From NCBI GenBank assembly GCA_000182565.2, contig KQ257450.1: a stretch of 64,000 nucleotides of DNA; one strand, 5' to 3'. Shown in pieces: positions 11,701 through 24,596 of the stretch (positions are counted from its first letter, which is position 1; every line of letters starts with the position of its first letter). Both the position numbers and the translations under genes were made by a program. The stretch comes from Spizellomyces punctatus DAOM BR117 (taxonomy: Eukaryota). The notes beneath the pieces are model-generated. The model ran no database searches, had not been told where the DNA came from, and saw nothing but the letters and a program-made list of their open reading frames with translations.

Positions 11701-13415
11701 CCTTACTACGATCGAAACCGAGATATTGGAGAACCTGTTCCCGAGCGCCACTTTCCAGCATCACTTTCAGGAACGACCACATCTCACGGTCTGTTTCGTT
11801 AACCGCATCCCCTTCATCATCTGCGGCGGCCCTTCGTTCACAGAAAGCTTTGTACGTATCTAGTGCGCCGTCTGCCATGACCGCCTCCAATTCGTCGGCT
11901 CTCTTAGCAAAGGTAGGCTCTGTTGGGACAGTGCGAACTGCTATCCACTTGCTTTGCGTGTCAAAGGACACCAATTTTCCACCGAAGCCAAATGTCGCAC
12001 CAACAGGACGACGCAGCCATTTTGGTGGTTGTCGTAGCGCAAATTGGGTCGCTGGTTGTGACTGTTGCTGTTGATAGCATCCGTCAAAAGGATCGTTACT
12101 AGTTGGCTGTGCCGCGGCCGGCTGCTCTTCCCCTTCCTCCGCCCCAGATGACTGCAGGGAGTGCACCGAGACATTACCATCAAAGCTCGAGATAGCGACC
12201 AGGTCAGGATTGCGCGGACACCATTGCACATCAAACGACCAGTTGTTGCTGCGTGCCAATTCACCAATCATTTCTCCAGTGGTTGGGTTCCACGCGAGCG
12301 TGGAGTTATCTTTTCCACTGGATAACAGCAAATCTGAGTCTTTTGGACACCATGAAACTGATAAAATTCCCTTTTGATGGCCTTGCAGACCCTGTAATTG
12401 CGGCATGTAAGGATGGGCAGGGTTATCAATAAAAAATAATCCATCTAACCTTTTGCGGAGCACTCGCATTTCGCAGATCCCAAACAAGTAATACGGGGGC
12501 GTTGTCATCCTCCGACGCAGTTACCAGTTGTGTAGCCTATCATTTGGGAAAAAAATATTAGTGATGCATACCACCTACAGTGTAAGGTCCAGAATGACAC
12601 CTTACCACAGCAGGATTCCATGCAAGCGCCGTGATAGGTTTACGCCCACCTGGATGAGCAAGCGTAATGATTTCCTTTTTGTGACGAAGATCCCACAGCA
12701 CTGTGTATCCGTTATTGCTAGCAGTCCCGAGGATGTATGCGACTTGTCGATTCCAAGCTAAGGTGCTAATGTCCTCTAATCTCTGAGATTTCGCTCCAGG
12801 GGTATACGGCTTTGTCGGATTTGTGAGATCCCAGATATAAATCTGCAAATCGATGGTAAGTGGACCACTCCGATCAACGGCGCCTTTACAAATCCCTAAC
12901 CTCTCCGTCTGTGGCACCAGATGCCAGCAAGTTGCCCTGGACAGGGCTAAAGTCCAGCCCACGAACAGGTCCACCATGAATAGAGTGTCGCATCAACAGC
13001 GATTTTTGTGAATCACCATCCATGATAGCAGCTGGGTTCCAAAGGTCCAGCTCCCCGTTTTCCATTCCACTCGCAAGGACTCCAAGAGGTCGAGTAGTGT
13101 CCCCCGGCAGTGCACCCCACGCAAGCCGATTGAATCTATTAAGGTAAAGATTAACTATCTGGAAAGGAGTCCAAAGCCCACCATTACGTACCTGGCGCTA
13201 CACGTAATACCACCCAGCCGTCTCAAATTTTTGGAGCCGGGCGTTCCTGGTTGAGCGGCCAAGTTTAAGTCAAAGATTTCGAGTTCAGCAGCGGTGCTGA
13301 AAGATGCATCTAGAGCCCCAGCAACGGTTCCAGTCGCGAGAAGGGGCCCATGGGTGTCATGCTGTCCTGGCGACCATGCCAATGTTGACGTTCGATCGAT
13401 GTATCGCAACCTCAT
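8782..13415 (-). CDS. SEC31: COPII outer coat protein Sec31 (WD40 propeller, ACE1, Pro-rich linker, C-terminal domain), multi-exon
   Basis: N-terminus MRLRYIDRTSTLAWSP...GALDASFST, WD repeats (GHQKGILSVSWCPKDSDLLLSSGKDN), PPKWLRRPVGATFGFGGKLVSF, TGFNDPP, and YPPGDRSHIP and WMLVVKRLI in the C-terminal domain. Canonical introns. Confidence 0.95.
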
Positions 13416-15400
13416 CGTGGATTACAGTAACCCAGTGTCCAATGTGCAGAATATGCGACTCTGTATACTTCTAAAAGGGGTTGAGAGAACATGTTTTGTC
13501 AGTCATTGTTGCACGTGAAATCCCAACAAACTACGTTCAAAATGCCGGATGACATGCAGCTGCAGCACAGGAATTCCGCAGTCCCTTGAACGTTAAAAGA
13601 CATATAGGTCTAATACAAACCTCCTTTGCTAGCGTTGGAGTGATTCGTTGTCTTCCGTTACCGCACAAGGATCCTTTGCACACAACACACACGCACACAC
13701 AGCGGCGCGACCAGATGGATGGGGGAAAAGACCAACGCGACGTGGACGGATTCTCCCTCGCGTGCTTTAAGTAGGCAGGACGTTCGTCTACCCTGAAAGG
13801 GAAAGGCGAGATGCAAGTCGTCGTTCTTTGATGCAACAAAGGTTGGTTTCGAAACTGCAACCCAAAAGCTGGTCGTTGCGCTGTTGGGTGACCCGGTTGA
13901 CACGATGACTGAACTGTTGACAAGCCACAGCTCCTTACCACAAATGGAAATCCACGCCACGATGAACGGCATTTTACAGGTTGAGGCAAGTGATTGGTCG
14001 ATGCGCTTGGAAGTCTTGACTAGGAAACATGTCTAGAGTTTCCTTCTGGACAAGAATATTTAGAAAGTGTAGGTCGTATTCACAGTCAAGCTATAGAATC
14101 GTCGAGGAGATATACGTATTTAGCAGACTCCTGCTATCAGCTTAAACATTGTAAAGTCATGCTCAAGTAGAAGTTTCACACCTCTGTTGAGGAAAAAGTT
14201 CATGTCATTACCAAAAAATAACATAGACATTCGGTTCCCTTCGCAAGCTTTCCAATCTAAAAGCCGTAGCACAGTATTGGCCTCCAAAAAAGACGGTTCT
14301 TTCCATATGCAGCTCTCAAGAAGGCAACATTGCAAAAATTTCTGAACTTGGATGCTTCCAATATAGAGAAGTTAAGATGTCACCCAATCATTTGCTACTA
14401 TACGGCTAGTGAGCTTATATCTTTGTTTAGCCACAGTATTTGAATCTGATCTTATGATAGAAACAACGCTTGAAGCAACTTGATCAGCATCGGAATCATA
14501 ACGTGCTTGTCCCACCTTCATCCTTGCGTTACCTTCAGTGCATTTGCCTACATCTAGCAAGTGTGCAAGGCATCAGTGCAGCTAGTTCTTTATTATATAT
14601 GACGCTATTCAAATCCCCAAGTATCTCTCCGCTTGCATGTATGCAGACCTACCAGGCCAGCACCGCCGTGTCACCTACCAGGACCGATATGTCCGCACAC
14701 GTTTTCAGCAGATCATTTCACGTTTGTGAGCCCCATACCATGTAGATTGGACGAGACTTTTTTTGGTTTGACCAGCAGTACTCCCAGGAACCATCATTGT
14801 CACCACTTGCAGTACTCCGAACCTGCGTCATTGCTACCATAGGCCTCACTCACGGGCCACCTGGACTGGCAGAATCTCTCTCAACGCTGTACGCTATATA
14901 CTATCTGGACCATCCGTGCAGCACTTTCTGCAAATGGGTGTCCAACCGACAAACTGGATTTTGTAACTATGACTTAGATCTACATTTCGCATCATCCAGT
15001 AACAAGCATCATCATTGAAATTTATAATCACGTGGATAAACAACATGTTTTACCTGTCAAAATAAGGTGACCTTCTGGCCGTCGTGTCTATAATGTGCAT
15101 ATATTGTGTAAATCGTATTGGAATGCCACGCCCCATGCGGGCTATACCGGTAGCAATAGATACTTGTTAAATGGGAAACATCCGATTTTTGACAGGTGAA
15201 TGAGATGGCAGTCGGAAAATGATTCAAGACAGCCAAGAGGTTATGACAGGTCAAGTCGTTTGTGTTGATGCAACAAAGCAAAGCCCGATGGCAAGAAGGA
15301 AACTCAATTATCTTAAAAGTCGAGAGTTCAAAATGTTCTTCCCCACAAGCCCTTTTTTTCGGAATTATTATTTCTTTGCCAAACTACCATCATAATTGGG

Positions 15401-17040
15401 ATGTTGTCTAGATATGCTCCCCGGCCGATTAGGATGGGATTAGGCCTATTTCCTAGTTCCTCCACCTGTGCATCCAGTCAACGCCGTCTATTTCTTCGGG
15501 AGCATGCAGCCATCCAAGCTTCGAGCTCTCTATTATTGGCTCGACAGATTCTCCCCCCTCGAAGTTTTTCGGTTGCGGTTCCTCTTCTGAGAAGCAATGG
15601 CAGCCGTAAACAATCCGAGCTACCTGAATTACCACCGGGGTAAGCCCATCATAGTTTGCTTATATCACATTGAAATGCTTAAAACTTTTGGTCTTTCTTT
15701 CATAGATTCACTTGGCCTGTACCACCTGGAAGCGAAGATCTCCCTCCACCTTCCAATCAATCCTATTGGAAGAAAGTACTCAAGCCGAATTTTGAACATA
15801 TTTACAAAGATAATTATCTGGACGTAAGCGTGAACTTTCCGGGTACCCAAACCTGGCCGGTGAGTTGCACTTGCTCCGAGAATTCAATTATACGTTCATC
15901 AAACGGTTCGTGGCTAAATGTGGGATCATGCAGTCGATGAAATACTACAATCACATGAACTCTTACATCAAGAATTTGGAAATGCCGATCACAAATCAAA
16001 ATGCAATTACGGGATATTGGAAACGATTTTTAAAATTGTACAAGGAGATAGACCGGATACAGTAAGTGGGGTTTAATTGCTGCCGGCCAAATGATGTTTG
16101 GCGCTGACGATATTATTTTAGCCTCACATTGCGTCGACCAAATAATGAACGCTGCTATCCAGACATGATGTGGCAGGATAGTCCCTTAGATTTGACAGTT
16201 GGCGAGGTAAGGGATTAACAAACCTTAAATATTTTTCAGGCGCTTACTGATATGAACAATCCCCAGTTCAAACCAAAGGGTCACCAACCTATCGAAGGCC
16301 AAACGCAATGCTTTTTATATGCACAGTATGGTGTATGGGACAAAATCGCCCGCAACTTGTGGGCTTCCTATTGCTGGGACCTCGCAGGGAACAGGACCTT
16401 GACCGCCACACAAATCGACAAGATCTCAAAACAAGCGATGGAGCAAGTCTTTGCAGACTTGAAAGGCAGAGTAGTCGTTATGGTAATTCATGTTCATGAA
16501 GAGGTGGAGATTTTGGTCGCCCCACAATGTCAGCTTCTTTTGGATTACCTGACCGGTCAGAATATGACCAAACCCAGAAACATTGTTCCGAAACCGAGCA
16601 GAAAATACCATTGGCTTAACGATGCAGATGAAATATATCGTGCTTTGACGGACGCGGTGGAGCAGGGATCGAACGTGGTGAAGAGCGAGGAGGCCGCCAT
16701 TCAGAGTCGTATTCTGGCATTTAAAGAGGGGCAGCGTTCTACGGTATTGGAAGGCGAAAAGACAAAGGCACAGAAGGCATCCCAGCCGAAAAAGACCGCC
16801 AAGTACGAGAACAGTGTGGCTAAGACAAAGGCACTGACACCGCCCCGGCCGAAGAATGCCACCAAATACAAAAACGCTGTAGCTCCAAAAATGTTGTGCG
16901 AACCCACTGCTGCTGTCATTCGTGTGCCGGAAAAAAAGAAGAGATGGGCCCAGATCGCCACCGAGACGTGGTTCTTGACAGCATCTCTAGCGTGCACGAC
17001 ACAAGCGACCTTGAAACTCTCGGAACTTTTGGGGAACTAA
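15401..17040 (+). CDS. Orphan 5-exon protein (~459 aa) with mitochondrial-presequence-like N-terminus and PD-(D/E)xK nuclease-like motif
   Basis: Exons 15401-15639, 15706-15859 (alternative donor at 15824), 15934-16061, 16122-16206 and 16267-17040 splice in frame through GT-AG introns. The spliced product contains YPDMMWQDSPLDLTVGE|FKPKGHQPIEGQTQCFLYA. Confidence 0.7.
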
Positions 17041-17391
17041 AGCTACCAAGCTCGTAGCGTTAGATGTATTACTTATGTGATTTAAACTGCGGCATTTAAT
17101 GGAGGAGGGCTCTGGTAGATTAAAGCAATGTCGAGGAAGCCAGTTATTCGACAGCATATATTATTTTCTTATTTACTATGACACTATGTAACTATATATT
17201 ATTCAATGACTGTTGATACTGGCTAGATCTCTCGTTGGCTATCTTTGCATGTATCTTCCTTCTTTTGCCTCGCACATGTCAAAAGATTAAGGAATAGAGC
17301 ACACAAGTGGTAATAGACACGTTCTGAAAATATCATTAAAAGGTCCAAGAATTAATACAGGTGAATTTACAATGCATATCTAGAATAAGTA

Positions 17392-19553
<2,162 letters not shown>

Positions 19554-20097
19554 TTTAATCAGACCTTTTAAAAACAAATGATGGGATGGGTATGAGATTT
19601 ATCTGTAGGCAAGAAGAGAGGTGCCCAAATGGCCTCTTATTTATACTCACTCGCTGGCAAGATGTAGCTAGCGCTATTTCACAAACGGAGCAAGCAAACG
19701 GAGGAACAAATCCAATGGGAAAGGAGGTGAGTCTTGTCCAAAATGCCTTCAACGCCCGTTCTTCTTTGCAGGCAATTTGCCTTTGATTTCAAAGTCTTTA
19801 AACAGGTGGGGAAGCGATCAATTCCCAAATATTCAAATCATTCCATAATTCCATTTTATTTCTTTTTTTCCCACGGTCCAAGAAACTCTTTTTTCCCACG
19901 GTCGTTTGAGAGGAGACGCGCGCTGGGACTTTCCCATTTGTCATCATTGGTGATTGAAACAAAAGTTTTCTTTGAAATTCCGCGGAAGTTCAAAACGCAA
20001 CTTGTCCGAAATTCCCGCAATGACTCATCTAGAGATTTCGGACTCTTTCCCAATTGGATTTATTTATGCATGTGTGAGTGTTTGTTTTTGTGCTTGG

Positions 20098-20159
20098 TGG
20101 ATAACTTGTTTGCAAGTGGGTAAGTATGGATAACTTGCTTGCAAGCAAGTGGGTAAGTA
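20098..20159. repeat. Imperfect tandem duplication (29 + 33 nt) containing an 18-bp perfect palindrome ACTTGCTTGCAAGCAAGT (20133-20150)
   Basis: TGGATAACTTGTTTGCAAGTGGGTAAGTA followed immediately by TGGATAACTTGCTTGCAAGCAAGTGGGTAAGTA. Confidence 0.85.
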
Positions 20160-21022
20160 GGTTTGAAACTTGCCACGTAGACGTTTACTACTGGCCCTTA
20201 CGACCGGCAGTGAGCGGGAATGAGATTAAAGCATTTCTACTCAACAACTGTGATTTATAATCTTGCTTTTCCAAGTTTCCGCTCGCGTCTGTGTAAAAAA
20301 AGTGTTGCCAGCGGTCAACGCTGCTGTTGCATATTTCCCCAACGGAGGAACACCCTCCATTGATCATTAAAAATGGCGATCTTGACGACATGTTGACGTC
20401 CAGGTAATCACATGACGTTGAGGGTGAGGGGAGTGTTGGTTGGACTTTGATGACATCCAATTTCAACAAAGGACAGGTGACAAGAGGTGTATTGTAGTGA
20501 AGGAATGCAACCGCCGTGTCGAATAAAACATAACAGAAGGAAGGGAGATGAGCGATATGAAGCCTTGCTGTCCATCCGGAAAGTTAGGGACGCAACAACT
20601 GTCTCCAACTAACAAAGCTAAAATCAAAGGTGGTAATGTTTCCCTTTGTCCTTCTTGTCAAAGACAGCCCGGAGCCCTCTAGAGTCGGAGGGTTCCGCGC
20701 ACCGGTGATTTACAAGCACACGACCAGCACGCGACGAGATGGCGCCCAAAGCCAGAATAGAACGCTTTGTGCTTATTGTCGGGCATTTTTTAAACACCAG
20801 CGGTAGAGCTGGATGGCTGGGATGGACGGCGGTTTCATCGATTGGACGACCTGACCTTGTCACGATCAAGCAGGTTTAAACATTCATGATTATCTTACAT
20901 GTTCCCCCAGCATGATCCTTGTCAAGCATGCCGGCCTTTAAAGAAATGTTAAAGCTGCATGCTACTTTTGATATTCCAGTCTGGTGTTGACGCTTTTCAC
21001 GCGTAGTATATTTCAGTCAGTA

Positions 21023-24000
21023 ATGCGTGCTGCACGTATTCTGAGCCTCATTCTCTTTGCCAAAGCAACAGCGGGGATTCCTGCCATCCACCAGCGTGAT
21101 GATGCCAATCCTAGCGCTGCCCTAATTGACACATCCAAATGCTCTGGTTATTCCCTGTCGGATGCATCCGACACCTCCGTCGGACGATTCTCTGCCAAAC
21201 TCTCTCTGAGCGACCAGCCGTGTAATGCTTACGGCAAAGACTACCCAAACCTGGACATCACTGTGGAATACCAAACTCGCGAGCGTCTGCGTGTTCTCAT
21301 CCGTGACACACCTCAGGAGAACTGGTTCATTCCTCCAGAGATTGTGCCGATCCCAAAAGCAGAGAACGGTGAAAAAAACAAGAGTAACTTGCGGTTCGAG
21401 TACGTCGCAAAGCCCTTTGGTTTCAAGATTATAAGAGTGGAGGATAATGAAGTGATTTTCGACACCACATCTCATAAAGTTAGTTTAAACAATTTAGTCT
21501 CTCCTCTCACTGATTAAGTTCCTAAACTCAATCTTGCCTTGCTTTAGCTGATTTACGAGGATCAGTACCTTGAAGTCACGACCAGCGTACCATCCCATGC
21601 AAACATTTACGGAGGTTCCGAGTTTATCGGTCGCTTCCGCCGTAATGAGCAAAGCACCACGCAAGCACTCTGGGCTCGTGATGTTGCAACTCCCACGGAG
21701 GAAAACATTTACGGTAGTCATCCCATGTACATGGAAATGCGGAAAAATAAAGCGCATGCAGTCTACCTGCGCAACTCGAACGGAATGGACTTTATTCTTC
21801 GTGATGGCATCGTTAGATACCGTACGATTGGTGGAGTTCTTGACCTCACCTTTTTCGCACCATTGGGTGGAAATCCTAACGACGTTGTTGCCGAATATAC
21901 CAAAGTCATTTCCCGACCTGCTATGCCTGCCTATTGGCATTTGGGTTTTCATCAATCTCGGTGGGGATATAAGAATATCACCAATTTGAAATGGGTGATG
22001 GACAACTATCGAAACGCAAATATTCCACTCGAAACGATATGGTCGGATATCGATTATATGGACAAATACAGGGTAACTTTTTTCCCGTTAGTACAGTAAC
22101 CAGAGCCAATCTTTTTAAATCATACTTGTAGGACTTTACGCTTGACCCGATTCAATATCCCAAAGAGTTAATGACCAAGTTTGTCAAAGAACTTCATCAA
22201 ACGGCGCAACACTTTGTAGTCATTGTCGACCCTGGCATTAGCACGAATTCAACACCTTACCAACGCGGTTTGGATGCCCAAGTCTTTATGCAAAATGATG
22301 CAACTCATACAGATGAGAAACACAAGTATTACATCGGACAAGGTACTGGCATTGAATACTGAATAGTTTATCCATAAACAGTTTGCTGACATTCTTCAAT
22401 AAAAGTTTGGCCTGGTTACACCGCCTTTGTAGATTGGTTCCACCCAAATGCCAGTGCGTACTGGACCGATGAAGTTTCTCGTTTCCTGGACACCCTCGAC
22501 GTTGATGGCCTATGGATCGACATGAATGAACCCTCTTCATTTTGTTACGGACCATGCGGACTGGACGCACCTGATCCGGCAGTCTTTCAACCAAAGACCC
22601 CGTTTGACTTACCTGGAGGCGACGACTTTACTCCACCAGACTTTTTAAATGCCTCAATCGAAGCTGCGCGACAAGGAAGACCATTACCGTATTCAACCTT
22701 GCCAAGGAATCTCCACAAACGAGCCTACAAACCAATGCCAATCGAACAACAGCTAGAACCTCATTACAAAATCAACAATAAATTCGCCAATCTCTCTGAC
22801 CATGCTGTTCAAACCAATGCCACACATTGGGGAGGACAGGACAAACCCCGTATCAGTGAAGTAGATGTACACAACCTATACGGCCACATGTGGGCCATCG
22901 CAACCCGAAAGGCATTAATTGCAAAAAGAGCCAACAAACGCCCGTTCGTTCTCTCCAGATCGACGTTTCCATCAAGCGGTGCGCACACCTACCACTGGAC
23001 AGGCGACAATCATGCCACATGGGAACATTTGCATTACTCTGTGGTCGGCGTATTGCAGTTCCAGATGTACGGAATATCCATGATTGGACCAGACATTTGC
23101 GGGTTCAACAGGTACTTGTGCTATTCCACTGAGATGATGACCCTTGCCTCTAACTTGCTTCGTACATGTAGCAACACTACTGAAGAACTATGCAATCGCT
23201 GGATGTCCGTAGGGGCGTACTTTCCTTTTATGCGCAATCACAACATCCGGGGCACAATTTCCCAAGAAGCCTACATCTGGAACTCTGTGGCCGAAGCATC
23301 ACGAACACATCTCCGTCATCGATACAGTCTCCTCCCTTACATGTACACCCATCTCTACCTATCTTCCGCACAGGGCACACCAGCATGGAAAGCCCTCATG
23401 TACGAGTTCCCAACCGAAGCACCAACACTCTGGATCGATGCCCAATTCTTAATTGGACCCGCTTTACTCGTTTCACCCGTCGTTACCGAGAAAGCAACAT
23501 CCGTCACGGCCTACATGCCCAAATCCCGTTGGTACGATTTTACAACCTTGATCCCCATCAATGGACAAGGACGTAACATGTCCTTTGATGCACCATTGGG
23601 GCACGTTCCCGTGCATATTCGCGGTGGATACGTGATTCCCATGCAAGAACCTGGCTACACCACTACCGAATCCCGCAAGAATCCCTATTCCCTTATCGTA
23701 GCGTTAGACGAGAAAGGAAATGCACAAGGATTGCTATACCTAGACGATGGCGAATCCCTCAACGTCGATAATCATACTTCAAACATCTCATTTCAAGTAT
23801 CGAATGGAAAAATGGTTGCGGATGGAACATTCGGATATCAACCCAATGACTTACCAAAGTTGACAAAACTTGTTATACTCGGATCGCAACCTGTCCAACA
23901 GGTCCGAGTGAATGATGCACAGATTATGTGCCAGATTTCTTATAAAGCTGATCGGGGGTCCGTGACCATCGAAGGATTGGCGATAGAGTTGACAGAGAGA

Positions 24001-24126
24001 TTTACGGTAGAGTGGGGTGTGGGACCGATGAGTTTCCTTTCTATCAGCTCTGGGACAGGTATTCGTAAGGTGGACCTAGGAGTAATGGGGATGTTGTTGG
24101 TTTTCGTGGCAAGTCTCTGGTGGTGA
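21023..24126 (+). CDS. Secreted GH31 alpha-glucosidase with hydrophobic C-terminal (GPI/TM-like) tail
   Basis: Signal peptide MRAARILSLILFAKATAG. NIYGSHP, WSDIDYMD, nucleophile motif DGLWIDMNEP, acid/base HWTGDN, FPFMRNHN, LYLDDGES. Confidence 0.93.
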
Positions 24127-24596
24127 TTTTAAAATGAATGTTAGAGTCAATTTCTTAAAAACACAAAGAAGGAGCTTTGACGGATGCAAGATGACATTGA
24201 TTTAGTGCTATCAGCAGAAAGTAGCTACCTATGAAGCCTACCTTTTGGATCTTTTACAATCGATCGCCTCCTCGTAAGGCAAACATTGTGATAAAACAGA
24301 CATTGCACACAAATGAGAAACTCACGCTAGATGCATAGTGAACTACCGCGATATACATTAAATGATATCTAAGTTACAAAGTACAAGCCCATTACGCACC
24401 CAATAACAGTTACAGGCCATAGTGGCAAACAAAAAAAAACGATAAAAATATATATCCACATGCAACAAGAAAGAAACAAAAAAGAAAACAAAAAGAAAAA
24501 TCCATCCCAACCAAGTGTCCATCACTCATGCCCACCACCCACAAAAAAAAAACCAATTCAATAGGTCGCTGGACCGTACTTTTTTTTGTCCACATG

